Below, piece by piece: positions 38,606 through 47,821 of a DNA stretch of 64,000 nt. The stretch is from a virus, in IMG/VR virus record IMGVR_UViG_3300025010_000009, positions 4,776 through 68,775 of that record; one strand, written 5' to 3'. Position numbers and translations under genes: made by a program. The first letter of the stretch is position 1. The number at the start of each line of letters is the position of its first letter. The notes below the pieces were generated by a model. That model was not told the origin of the DNA. It saw only the letters and a program-made list of their open reading frames with translations, and did no database searches.

Positions 38606-38682
38606 ACTTGTTTGGACCGTAGAGCAGTTTTTAATTATTTTCTATAGGGGTACTACCCCTAGGGGGTAAAAATCGCTTAGAA
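38606..38682 (+). repeat. Dispersed motif, copy C (intergenic)
   Basis: Same blocks and spacing as 12106-12181. Confidence 0.7.
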
Positions 38683-38687
38683 CTAAT

Positions 38688-39839
38688 TCATTTACTTTTT
38701 ACTAATTCCATATCATATTCATTATTTTCTTTAATCAGAATAACCCCAGGGCAAAGAATAGGTTTATTTCGTTTAAACTTTGAGTAATCTACCTGATGAT
38801 GCCATCTTCCAAATTTCCAAACTATTTCCACCTCATCAGGATGCTGCTCTTTTAAACTCTCAGCAAAGGAAAGACGATAATCATTTTGGTTATAAACATT
38901 ATCTGTATTTCCACCACGAAGTGCTGGGGTATTACTCTTTGAGCTACCATTATGTGTAGCTAGTTTATTCATCAAAAAGGCCCTGAATAAAAGGGTACAC
39001 CATCCATCTTTTAATACCCGCAGACTCAGGTCAGTGTCCTCATTATACCTTCCACGCCAACGATAAGGGAGTTCAGTATTTATAAGGGTACATGAATATA
39101 CACGGGAATTAAAAAGATATGGACTTATATCCCCCTGTCTATCTGCTACAAATCCCTGATCATGTGGTCCAGCAAGGGCAATATTTGTATACCGATCTAC
39201 AAAATCTTCCATAGCTCGGAAAAATCCGCCACCACGAACTTGAAGACGTCGATTACAATTACATCTTGTAAACATATTAATATTATCATCAACAACCCAA
39301 TGCCGGGGAAACCCCCGTTTTTCAGCCCAATCCCAGATAAAATTCCGGGCCGGGATGGACCCTTGACCAAGATCATGAAAGGGCATTACTACAACATTAT
39401 TCTTCCCGAGGTTCTTAATATAAATATCTTTTTCCGTACTCTCTACAAAGAATTTATAACTAACTCCCAACTGATCAAGAAGTTTTCCGGTTGTTTGAAT
39501 TTCAGCCCGCCCTTTACTCGGTATACAGATTGGATATTTAGAGTCTATAGCAGGCCCAATGTATTCAAACTCACTATTTTTTAACCTCTTTTGTTCTGGG
39601 TACCATGCTGAGTCAGTAGTAGTAGAGATATGAAGGCCAAGCCGGTCCGCGAACTCTTTTATATCTTCTTTAGTCATAAAATTCATAACTATTTTATACT
39701 GGGGTGTTGCATCCTCCATTTCAAATTCAGGCATTCCCCACCATATATCCCGCCAGTAGGGTTCAACGTCAAAAAAGCCTGAAGGGGTTTTCTGCTTTAC
39801 TGGACGACGGCTTTTCAATTCTTTCTTCAAATTAGACAT
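38688..39839 (-). CDS. TAGT/GREB1-like glycosyltransferase with fused N-terminal domain
   Basis: ICIPSKGRA, ARNFIWD, HWVVDDNI, RVYSCTLI, WRGRYNEDTDLSLRVL. Confidence 0.75.
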   Translation of the reverse strand: MSNLKKELKSRRPVKQKTPSGFFDVEPYWRDIWWGMPEFEMEDATPQYKIVMNFMTKEDIKEFADRLGLHISTTTDSAWYPEQKRLKNSEFEYIGPAIDSKYPICIPSKGRAEIQTTGKLLDQLGVSYKFFVESTEKDIYIKNLGKNNVVVMPFHDLGQGSIPARNFIWDWAEKRGFPRHWVVDDNINMFTRCNCNRRLQVRGGGFFRAMEDFVDRYTNIALAGPHDQGFVADRQGDISPYLFNSRVYSCTLINTELPYRWRGRYNEDTDLSLRVLKDGWCTLLFRAFLMNKLATHNGSSKSNTPALRGGNTDNVYNQNDYRLSFAESLKEQHPDEVEIVWKFGRWHHQVDYSKFKRNKPILCPGVILIKENNEYDMELVKSK

Positions 39840-39851
39840 GTAAATACCTAA

Positions 39852-40796
39852 TTAAATAATTGATTCAAAATATTCAATTGTTTTATTAAGCCCATAAATA
39901 ATATCAACTTTAGGCTCCCAGTCAAGAAGTTCTTTTGCCCTAGTTATATCCGGTTTCCTCTGCCTTGGGTCATCAACCGGGAGTTGTACATACTTAATCT
40001 TTGATTTTGTATCAATAAGGGAAAGGACTAAATACGCAAGTTCTCCGATATTATATTCTAAAGGATTTCCAAGATTAATAGGTCCAGTAATACCTTCATC
40101 TGAGTCCATTAACCTTATAAACCCATCAATCATATCATCTACATAACAAAAGGACCGGGTTTGACTTCCATCCCCATAAATTGTAATATCCTTTCCCTGT
40201 AGGGCCTGGACTATAAAATTTGAGACTACACGACCATCATCAGGATGCATTTTTGGACCGTAGGTATTGAAAATACGAGCTACCTTTATTTTTACCCCAT
40301 GCTGTCGGTGGTAATCAAACATTAAAGATTCAGCAGCACGTTTACCCTCATCATAACAGGATCTGGGCCCATTTGGGTTTACCCTTCCCCAATATGTTTC
40401 AGGTTGGGGGTGTACCTCAGGGTCACCGTATACTTCACTTGTTGAGGCCTGAAATATTTTTGCTCCAGTTCTCTTAGCAAGACCGAGCATATTAATAATT
40501 CCTAAAATTGATGTCTTTATTGTCTGAACAGGATCATGTTGGTAATGAATTGGGGATGCAGGGCAAGCAAGATTATAAATTTCATCTACTTCAATATAGA
40601 GAGGAAAGCAGAGATCATGACGAATAAATTCAAATTTATTATTTTGGAAAAGATGTTGTATATTTTCCTTAGTACCAGTAAAGCAGTTATCAACACAAAT
40701 AACCTCATTACCTTGAGAAAGTAATACCCCACATAAATGAGAGCCAAGAAAACCTGCTCCACCAGTTACTAAGATTCGTTTCATGTTTTTTACCAA
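39852..40796 (-). CDS. uxs: UDP-glucuronate decarboxylase (UDP-xylose synthase)
   Basis: [49 protein letters not shown]. Confidence 0.92.
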   Translation of the reverse strand: MVKNMKRILVTGGAGFLGSHLCGVLLSQGNEVICVDNCFTGTKENIQHLFQNNKFEFIRHDLCFPLYIEVDEIYNLACPASPIHYQHDPVQTIKTSILGIINMLGLAKRTGAKIFQASTSEVYGDPEVHPQPETYWGRVNPNGPRSCYDEGKRAAESLMFDYHRQHGVKIKVARIFNTYGPKMHPDDGRVVSNFIVQALQGKDITIYGDGSQTRSFCYVDDMIDGFIRLMDSDEGITGPINLGNPLEYNIGELAYLVLSLIDTKSKIKYVQLPVDDPRQRKPDITRAKELLDWEPKVDIIYGLNKTIEYFESII

Positions 40797-40811
40797 GTAG
40801 ATAGTGAGAAA

Positions 40812-40839
40812 TATAGGGGGGAGCCGGCTCCCCCCTATA
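40812..40839 (-). terminator. Perfect 28-bp palindrome, probable terminator
   Basis: TATAGGGGGGAGCC|GGCTCCCCCCTATA downstream of 40868..41812. Confidence 0.6.
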
Positions 40840-40867
40840 GTTAGAGTTACAGGAGAAGGGCAGTTAC

Positions 40868-41812
40868 TTATTTCTGTCCCTTTTTCTGCCGAGCAAGAAC
40901 TGCGTAAATAGAGTTGCCGATAACCCGATACGGTTTTTCCGGGAATTTTTCCTTGGCCATGAGCACAATATCATCCTCGTGCCGGTCACCGAGACCATCC
41001 TTCAGTACATCTTCCAGGAAAATTGCCATTCCTTCCTTGCCCTTTTTACCGGGACCAGCAGCCTTGACCTTGCCCTTCTTCTTGGTCGGGGCTTTGCCGG
41101 CGCCAAGGTCATTCAGTTTTCCGGTGACATAATCACGCAGCTTGGCCAGATCCTTCAGGAAAGGCGGGGCGATGCGGATGCCGTTGTCTTTGGCGATGGC
41201 CTTCAGATTATTGATAGTCTTGGCCTTCTTAACAGCTGCAAGAGGGGCAGAGACGTCAACGGGTTCACCCGCAGGCTCTTCCTCAGCTTCAGCCTCAGCT
41301 TCACTGGCGCGGGGACCAACTTCCCACTCGGCAAACAGTGCCCAGGTGCTGTCATCCAGCTCATCCTCAGCAACCAGCTGTTCTGAAGTTTCCTTCAGTT
41401 CTGTCATCAGGGAATCATCATCCATTTCCAGGTTGATCGGGGGCTTGAAGTACCCCCGGCCATTGATGTCCTCAGCGGCAGCAATCATGCGGTCATGCAT
41501 AACATCAACATTAACGTCGGCGTCAGCAGGTTCAGTTTTAGATTCAACTTCTTTCGGTGTAGCAGTACGTTTTGTTGCCATTTCAGTGTTCTCCTTGTCT
41601 GTGGTTGTAGTTGTGATCTTGCCCTCAGTAATGGCAGTAAGGCTTGATCGTTTTACGGTCTTTTTGATTTGGTCTATCTCTATCACGGCACTCTCTGAGC
41701 CGGACAGACTTACGAATACTGCGAGGATTTCCTTTTTGGGACCCCGCCGAACATGCTGCTGGTATATAACGCGGTTTCCGGCTTCAATTGTTGAGAAATC
41801 GATTGATTGCAT
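40868..41812 (-). CDS. Hypothetical early protein (acidic centre, basic C-terminus)
   Basis: Has its own promoter and terminator; possible internal start MATKR. Confidence 0.65.
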   Translation of the reverse strand: MQSIDFSTIEAGNRVIYQQHVRRGPKKEILAVFVSLSGSESAVIEIDQIKKTVKRSSLTAITEGKITTTTTDKENTEMATKRTATPKEVESKTEPADADVNVDVMHDRMIAAAEDINGRGYFKPPINLEMDDDSLMTELKETSEQLVAEDELDDSTWALFAEWEVGPRASEAEAEAEEEPAGEPVDVSAPLAAVKKAKTINNLKAIAKDNGIRIAPPFLKDLAKLRDYVTGKLNDLGAGKAPTKKKGKVKAAGPGKKGKEGMAIFLEDVLKDGLGDRHEDDIVLMAKEKFPEKPYRVIGNSIYAVLARQKKGQK

Positions 41813-41859
41813 TTTAATTCTCCCCCGAGAAGGTTTTATTTTCTGATTTTTGTCCCCTG

Positions 41860-41898
41860 TTAGAAATACTATAAACCTCCTGGTTAAGAAAGTAAAGA
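41860..41898 (-). promoter_or_regulatory. Early promoter TTTACT-N17-TATAGT, copy 1
   Basis: 39 bp identical to 53147-53185. Confidence 0.8.
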
Positions 41899-41942
41899 GA
41901 AAAATAACTTTAAAGTAAAAAAATATTGCGCGGGGGTAACTC

Positions 41943-43475
41943 CTAGAAATAACTACCTAAATATGGCCTGCCTATCTCCAGACATTGGAGTACAGTTGCT
42001 TGTACTCTAGTATCAAACAGGCCTTCCCGGCCAAGAAGAGGTGCTATACGTACAATTTTTTTCCGCTTCTCCTCAGGGGTCTGATTTATACCATAGGCAG
42101 CGGTCACGTGATCCCATTTCCGAACGTTCTCACTAAAGTTGCCTGTGCCCAATGACTTGGCCTCCATACCCCCGGCATCACTCTGGGTAGCCCCAACCAC
42201 ACAGCAATCAAAGTCAATACTCATCTGCCTGACCTGACGCCACGTTTCATTAATCCGGTGCCTGACATCAAGATTGGTAGAGAGTTCAAGCAAATCAAGA
42301 TAATCAATTACTATAACATGTGGGCGCCAGCCCCGTCCATTCCAAATATCCAGGATTGATCTTAGCTCAGTAGTATTCATTCTGGACCGGCATACTACCC
42401 GAAAATCATTATTTCCAGCCTGCTGCCGCATCCACTTTTCCCCGGCCAGGATACCCTCACGCCAGGTAAGTGGAGACACAGCTGGGCGTTGTTTATACCA
42501 GACAGCGCCTTTAAAATCTCTTGGGCTATTCTTTTTACATACAGTACAAACACAATACCCACCAGAGTTCGCTACTTCCCAATCAATAGCTTCTCCCTTT
42601 TCCTTATCAGTAATAACTCCAAACTCACAAACCCTTTCTGGACTATCACACTCATCACTCTGATTATGTGCGCAATCAAGTATAGGCACAAGCATGGGCC
42701 CACAATACTGGGGATCATAACTGCGGCCACTAAGTCGTACATGCAGGCGTCTGATCTGTTGTTCTTCTGAGAGGTCACCTATCTGGAACAGGGCAACCCG
42801 ATTCCTTGCCCTGTGTGCCCGAAAAGCAAGTTCGTCAAGCCACCAGGTTTTACCTCGTTTTGGCGGGGCCAGCAAGGTCACAAATGTTGCGGGGCTGAAT
42901 TGATTATTGAAAACTTGACCCAGGGCTCCAGGATAGGTAAAGAATGGGCTAGAGAAGGATTCAAAAGCACTTTGTATTTTTTCAATACTGGTAAAGGGGT
43001 TAAACCCCAGATCCTCAACCAGTTCCTGCCGCTTATACCCCTCTAGTATTGCCTGTGCTTCTTCAAATTCTCCCTCCTGTACAGCCCGGCCTGCTTCCCT
43101 GACGGTTAGACGTGTCCGGCGCTCATCAAGGTAGCGTTTACTCTGCTTGAGATAATAATCAGCATCAAATTCATTTGCTCGTTCATACTCCTTGCTCAGT
43201 ATATCAAGAAGTTCTGCAAGGTCATCTGCATGATCGTCATCAATACTATCATCCCGGATATGCTGTTCATAAACATCTTGGAGGAGTTTACCGGGGGCTT
43301 TCCCGTGTACTTGGTAATGATCCAGGCACCACCGGCAGATGACCTTGCTTATATCAGCCTGGAGGAGTTCGGGTTCAAATACGTCCTTAATTGCATTGAG
43401 GAATGGCGTACTGACAGCCATTCCTATAATGAGCTGGCGTTCCTGCCCGGTATCAATTTTACGCTTAGTTATCAT
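41943..43475 (-). CDS. dnaB: DnaB-like replicative helicase with Cys-rich insert
   Basis: APPKRGKT, IVIDYLDL, ATQS. Confidence 0.85.
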   Translation of the reverse strand: MITKRKIDTGQERQLIIGMAVSTPFLNAIKDVFEPELLQADISKVICRWCLDHYQVHGKAPGKLLQDVYEQHIRDDSIDDDHADDLAELLDILSKEYERANEFDADYYLKQSKRYLDERRTRLTVREAGRAVQEGEFEEAQAILEGYKRQELVEDLGFNPFTSIEKIQSAFESFSSPFFTYPGALGQVFNNQFSPATFVTLLAPPKRGKTWWLDELAFRAHRARNRVALFQIGDLSEEQQIRRLHVRLSGRSYDPQYCGPMLVPILDCAHNQSDECDSPERVCEFGVITDKEKGEAIDWEVANSGGYCVCTVCKKNSPRDFKGAVWYKQRPAVSPLTWREGILAGEKWMRQQAGNNDFRVVCRSRMNTTELRSILDIWNGRGWRPHVIVIDYLDLLELSTNLDVRHRINETWRQVRQMSIDFDCCVVGATQSDAGGMEAKSLGTGNFSENVRKWDHVTAAYGINQTPEEKRKKIVRIAPLLGREGLFDTRVQATVLQCLEIGRPYLGSYF

Positions 43476-43735
43476 TGTTTGATTCTAATATAGGGTAAAA
43501 GTGCAATTTGTTCTGAATTTAATATTGCAGCATGATCAATAATTAATCCGTTAAATTCACGTCCTTCAATATTCCTAATAGATAACCATGATAATGGTTT
43601 TATATCAAGATCATTTCGTCCAATTTTACTTGCTAATAATTTTGGATAACCTAAGTTACTATTTACCCATATAAAAATGGAACTATAAGGAGCAGAGGTC
43701 ATTTGTATAGTTGTATTCCCCTTCCTTCTTTCCAT
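43472..43735 (-). CDS. Hypothetical AT-rich protein
   Basis: Coupled ORF. Confidence 0.5.
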   Translation of the reverse strand: MERRKGNTTIQMTSAPYSSIFIWVNSNLGYPKLLASKIGRNDLDIKPLSWLSIRNIEGREFNGLIIDHAAILNSEQIALLPYIRIKQ

Positions 43736-44277
43736 TATTTCCTCCCCCTTTTATCAACTCCAGTCATAGTCTTTACCCGGCACATTTCCATAATCCGGCT
43801 GGTAAGACGGTCATCATATATTTCAGACAATTCAGAAAGACTGAGATTACTACTTACTACCAGATTTTTACCCATTTGATACAGGGTATCAATTATGAGG
43901 TAGAGGCTTGCCCGCACCCAATCACTCGGCTTATCAGCGCCCAGGTCATCAAGGTAGAGCCAATCCACCTTGGTATAGTGGTCAATAATCTGCTTTTCAG
44001 TTTCGAGCGCACCGGGGGTAAAACTTGACCGTAATCTGAATAATAGTCCGGGAGCCCCCGTCCAGGTAATAACAGGCCATTCCTGCTTTTCCTGAACTAC
44101 TCTCTGCCATTGAGCATAGAGCATGGCCGCCATGTAATACGTTTTCCCCACGCCTACAGGGCCGGTAATAAATAAGGGCCTGACCTCAATATCTTGGATG
44201 GTCTTTCCCCACCATTTCTCTGGTATACCTGATTTTTCAATCTGCTTATTAATTATTTGCTGATGAATAGGGTTCAT
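43735..44277 (-). CDS. DnaC/IstB-like helicase loader
   Basis: GPVGVGKT, LYLDDLGA, SSNL, RLTSRI. Confidence 0.9.
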   Translation of the reverse strand: MNPIHQQIINKQIEKSGIPEKWWGKTIQDIEVRPLFITGPVGVGKTYYMAAMLYAQWQRVVQEKQEWPVITWTGAPGLLFRLRSSFTPGALETEKQIIDHYTKVDWLYLDDLGADKPSDWVRASLYLIIDTLYQMGKNLVVSSNLSLSELSEIYDDRLTSRIMEMCRVKTMTGVDKRGRK

Positions 44278-44279
44278 AA

Positions 44280-44522
44280 CTAGGCTTTAACTCCCTGATA
44301 GGCTATACCAGCTAGGTAAGGGTATGCCGGGGCTGGGCAATTATTTGGATGCTTAGTACAATTCAAACATCGATTAAGCGGGGCGTACTCCCCGTTACAC
44401 CATACATTTGTTTTCCAGAGGTCAACGCCTTTATATTTTCGGCGTTGCCGCTGACGTCTGTCTATTCCTGAACGTCTATTGTCAATCATCATCCACTCCC
44501 AATTGTGCCTGAAGATTTTCAA
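44280..44522 (-). CDS. Hypothetical small protein
   Basis: ORF; RRSGIDRR motif. Confidence 0.45.
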   Translation of the reverse strand: MKIFRHNWEWMMIDNRRSGIDRRQRQRRKYKGVDLWKTNVWCNGEYAPLNRCLNCTKHPNNCPAPAYPYLAGIAYQGVKA

Positions 44523-44982
44523 GATTATGACATATTGCTTTTAACTCATGTTGAATAAAATCCTTTTTGCTTTCCTCAGTTTTTGGCCCAACCCTTTCCA
44601 AATATTCATATAGGGGTTCAAAGGTTCCCCCAATTTCAATTTTAGGCTCTTCTACTGGTTTTCTCTTACCCTTCATTATTCTTAAGTAAGATGATAATGA
44701 AACACGGGTTGGCCCAACATGTACAATTGGTTCAAGTTCTTCCCTTACATACCCAACTGAAAGAAAATTCTTATCCTGGCCACTAGCCCGCATATAGTGG
44801 CAGATTACCTTATTGACCTTAGCCGGAAGCGGGTCCGTAATTTTAATTAGGTCTTTCAGGATAAATCCATTAGGACCGAAGTTATTGTTCAGATTTGCGT
44901 TAGTTTGATCATATTCCCAAACAGCTTTGTGTAATAATGCCTCAAGTCTGCCGTTCATCCCCTTTCCTCCATTAACAGTCAT
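44482..44982 (-). CDS. Hypothetical protein
   Basis: ORF between initiator and loader. Confidence 0.55.
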   Translation of the reverse strand: MTVNGGKGMNGRLEALLHKAVWEYDQTNANLNNNFGPNGFILKDLIKITDPLPAKVNKVICHYMRASGQDKNFLSVGYVREELEPIVHVGPTRVSLSSYLRIMKGKRKPVEEPKIEIGGTFEPLYEYLERVGPKTEESKKDFIQHELKAICHNLENLQAQLGVDDD

Positions 44983-45904
44983 TATTTATAACTTCTGCAC
45001 CTTCCATATACCGATCATATTTACTCTTGTCCTGGCAGCGGATTCCCCCTGAGGGTGTAAACCTATTGGACTGACTAGGGGATTTGTCTTTTTTATTATC
45101 ATAATTCCCTTCCATCACCTTTACCCAATTTGTACTATTTGTGATAATCCAGTCAAATGTTATAGTCCAATTTCGGTCATTATCACCACAGAGGAAATTG
45201 CTACGCAATATTTTATTTACTAGCCGACGCCAATCTCTCTCAGTAGCCAGACCCTCTTTGCGCCGGGCGGTAAGTTTATCAGCGCGCGCTGCTGTTATTT
45301 GATTAATTTTTCTGACTGGAGTGGACTCAAAAGCCTCATTCCATATTTGAAGGATTGTTTGATTATTAAATTTAGAAGGAAGGTCTTTTACTCTTTGTTT
45401 AGGAAAGGTTGTGCTTTGTTCTTGATTATTTTCCAATGAAGGAGGATTATAGGAGAAAGAATCTTCTTCTTTCTTTCCTTCTTTAGAATTCTTATTAGTA
45501 CTTACTTTAGTATTCTTAAAGGGTCCGGAAAAACCGCTAGCCGGTTTTTCCGCTAGCGGTAATTCTGGCTCACGGTTTTTCTCATCATCCCAAATATATA
45601 ACTCTAATCGTGTATTTCCAAATTGACCGTTAACTCTTTCCTGAACCCTGCCTATTAATCCCATTTCTTCAAGCTGTAGGAGTACTGGGCCAACTGTTTC
45701 CCTATGCATGCCGGCATAGGTACAGACTGTTTGAAGGAAGTTCTTGATATTGGGATTTTCATTGAAATCAGAATCAATTTCACACAGGGCAAGATATACA
45801 GATCTTAAATTCTTATATTCTTTGGTAGGGAAGTTATGACGAAAATATCGAATGATTCGTTTATCCCACCAGGCATGTGCACAATCTCTTTTTCTCTTAT
45901 CCAT
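44972..45904 (-). CDS. Replication initiator (N-terminal wHTH, lambda O-like organisation)
   Basis: wHTH-like N-terminus, low-complexity linker, C-terminal W.ITFDWI...KVMEGNY; upstream of a DnaC-like loader. Confidence 0.75.
   Translation of the reverse strand: MDKRKRDCAHAWWDKRIIRYFRHNFPTKEYKNLRSVYLALCEIDSDFNENPNIKNFLQTVCTYAGMHRETVGPVLLQLEEMGLIGRVQERVNGQFGNTRLELYIWDDEKNREPELPLAEKPASGFSGPFKNTKVSTNKNSKEGKKEEDSFSYNPPSLENNQEQSTTFPKQRVKDLPSKFNNQTILQIWNEAFESTPVRKINQITAARADKLTARRKEGLATERDWRRLVNKILRSNFLCGDNDRNWTITFDWIITNSTNWVKVMEGNYDNKKDKSPSQSNRFTPSGGIRCQDKSKYDRYMEGAEVINNDC
45490..45560. other. Candidate replication origin inside the initiator gene
   Basis: Inverted repeat GGAAAAACCG/CGGTTTTTCC, direct repeat CCGCTAGC x2, adjacent AT-rich tract. 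Confidence 0.45.
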
Positions 45905-45906
45905 AG

Positions 45907-46419
45907 TTAGGGCTCCTGTACAACTAAATCCATTGTATGTTCTATTTTTATTTTTGATAAAACTTTTATAATATATAATAAATCACTTTTTTTATAATAA
46001 ACTCTTCCATTTAATTCAATTTTAGAAATCCACGGATTTGTTCTTAATACCCTATTAAAAGAATCAAATATTTTTATTTCTTTAATTATTTCTTTTGCTT
46101 GTTCACGAGGTAACCAAATACTATTTTTTGGTAGAATAAAGTTATATTTTGGTAGGAATGAAGCTATTAATTCAGCTTCAATTTTATTTAAAGAAGATAA
46201 GGGGCAGGGTAATATTTTGAAATGAGTAAATTCTTTTTTACTTTTTAGGTAATGTTCAATTATTCTAGGCAAACCATTTTTGGTTTGCCCAATATATACA
46301 ATTGTATTTTTTTGAAATAATAAATATATAAGGGGGGATGACCATAAATCAAGCCATTCTTTAGAAAAATCAGGAGATGATTCAATTTCCCTGATTGTTT
46401 GGTCTTCATCATATTCCAT
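45907..46419 (-). CDS. GIY-YIG nuclease-family protein with C-terminal HTH-like region
   Basis: LIYLL...VYIGQT...RI..H, E...I...PKYN. Confidence 0.75.
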   Translation of the reverse strand: MEYDEDQTIREIESSPDFSKEWLDLWSSPLIYLLFQKNTIVYIGQTKNGLPRIIEHYLKSKKEFTHFKILPCPLSSLNKIEAELIASFLPKYNFILPKNSIWLPREQAKEIIKEIKIFDSFNRVLRTNPWISKIELNGRVYYKKSDLLYIIKVLSKIKIEHTMDLVVQEP

Positions 46420-46535
46420 TTACTTTCCCCTAAGTAGGTAAAAAGTTGGCCTTAATTCATGGCCCAGAAATAAAAAATAATCAGGGGGAGGGTAAAACTA
46501 AACACCCCTGTGTCGGGCTATGTGAAAAGGGATTC

Positions 46536-46582
46536 GGAGGAAGTGTTTATAACTAGACACAGTAATTATAAACACTTCCTCC
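46536..46582. promoter_or_regulatory. 17-bp perfect inverted repeat in a long leader
   Basis: GGAGGAAGTGTTTATAA-N13-TTATAAACACTTCCTCC. Confidence 0.6.
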
Positions 46583-46666
46583 TTTACCAGAAACTCTGGG
46601 CTGACCTGGCCGGGCCAACATCCAACAGGTTAGGAAGAGAAAGGGAATTCTCCAGATACACTTTCT

Positions 46667-46695
46667 ATTTTAGGCTAAAAAAATAAAAAAGTAAA
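46667..46695 (-). promoter_or_regulatory. sigma70-like promoter TTTACT-N17-TAAAAT
   Basis: Same -35 as the other early promoters. Confidence 0.6.
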
Positions 46696-46730
46696 GAAAT
46701 TTCTTTCCCTTTAATATTAAATACTTAACT

Positions 46731-47642
46731 CTAACCTTCCTGTAGTAATTCCTTCATTAAATCCCGTGCATAATCCCTGGGAAGTTCAGCGGGGTCCACC
46801 CCTCTTTTCTTAATGTTAATTTGTATCACTTCCTTCCTGTACATAGCCAGATAGGCTGCAATACGCTCACTCTGTACCTCAGCTTGGGGATCTGGGTCAA
46901 AAAATGTAAATACTTTATCAAATCTGCGTAACTTCTTGGCCTGCTCTATCCGGTATTTGATACCGAAAGTACAGACAGCCCCCGGCCCTAATCTCCAGGC
47001 ATCAGTTATACCCTCTACAATAACAGCAGTATTTCCCTCAATGAAGTCAAGGCCATATAGACAGTGCTTATGATCAATAACTTCATCCTCTTTTCTGCAC
47101 GCTTTATACCTGAGTTCAGCCCGGCCAGTCCAATCCCGGCCCTGATAGCTTACTAGCTGGCTGTATTGGTATATTGGGGCTATAATTCTGAATGCGTAAG
47201 GACCGTGCCGGCCAGTACCCTGGATACCCCATTGCTGAATAATTTCATCAGGGTCAAATCCCCTCTTGAGTAGGTAATTTCGGTGCCCAGTTTGTAGCGG
47301 ACCGCAGCCGTAGGGTAAGACCAGGGTTTTTTTCCGTAGCGAGAACCCACTTGTCTGGCTCGCTACGAGGTTTTTAGCCACACCCCTATACCTACCTATG
47401 GTTTTCCCCGCCTCGGCCCAGGAGCAGCTTAACAACGCTTTTACTACTTCTTTAACACTATGTCCCCCGCAGCGCCAGCATGAGTAGAAACCATCACGTA
47501 GGTGATACCCCAGATGCCATCCGAAGTTGCCTGTGCAGAATGGGCATTGGGTATGTACCCACCCGACGCTACAGTGCTTATGCCCGGAGCTTAGATTGGG
47601 AATTCCATTATCACGATAGAATTTAAGGGCATCGAAAATCAT
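46731..47642 (-). CDS. DNA primase (zinc finger + TOPRIM)
   Basis: CPFC...CWRCG, YQGR, VEGITD, FDPD. Confidence 0.88.
   Translation of the reverse strand: MIFDALKFYRDNGIPNLSSGHKHCSVGWVHTQCPFCTGNFGWHLGYHLRDGFYSCWRCGGHSVKEVVKALLSCSWAEAGKTIGRYRGVAKNLVASQTSGFSLRKKTLVLPYGCGPLQTGHRNYLLKRGFDPDEIIQQWGIQGTGRHGPYAFRIIAPIYQYSQLVSYQGRDWTGRAELRYKACRKEDEVIDHKHCLYGLDFIEGNTAVIVEGITDAWRLGPGAVCTFGIKYRIEQAKKLRRFDKVFTFFDPDPQAEVQSERIAAYLAMYRKEVIQINIKKRGVDPAELPRDYARDLMKELLQEG
47340..47400 (+). repeat. Dispersed motif, copy D (inside primase)
   Basis: Shares 27 bp with 23062-23088 and 15 bp with 12097-12111. Confidence 0.85.
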
Positions 47643-47821
47643 AATTTTATGTCAGTAAATATTATGGTCAAGTATGCGAGTATAATGACTATCCAGAGGA
47701 TTACATTTTCATTCTTGCTTTCCTTCTGGTGTTTTTTATACCCATCGTTAAATCCATCATTATAGCTATTAATTTTGGTTTCTGTAATCATGTTCTTGAG
47801 TTCATTAATTGTTTTTTTCAT
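47639..47821 (-). CDS. Small membrane protein
   Basis: C-terminal hydrophobic helix. Confidence 0.5.
   Translation of the reverse strand: MKKTINELKNMITETKINSYNDGFNDGYKKHQKESKNENVILWIVIILAYLTIIFTDIKL

Noticed and set aside
41142-41846. 234-aa + strand ORF and similar antisense ORFs (e.g. 52330..52938, 50391..50810)
   Set aside because: Shadows of well-supported minus-strand genes, with no recognisable motifs
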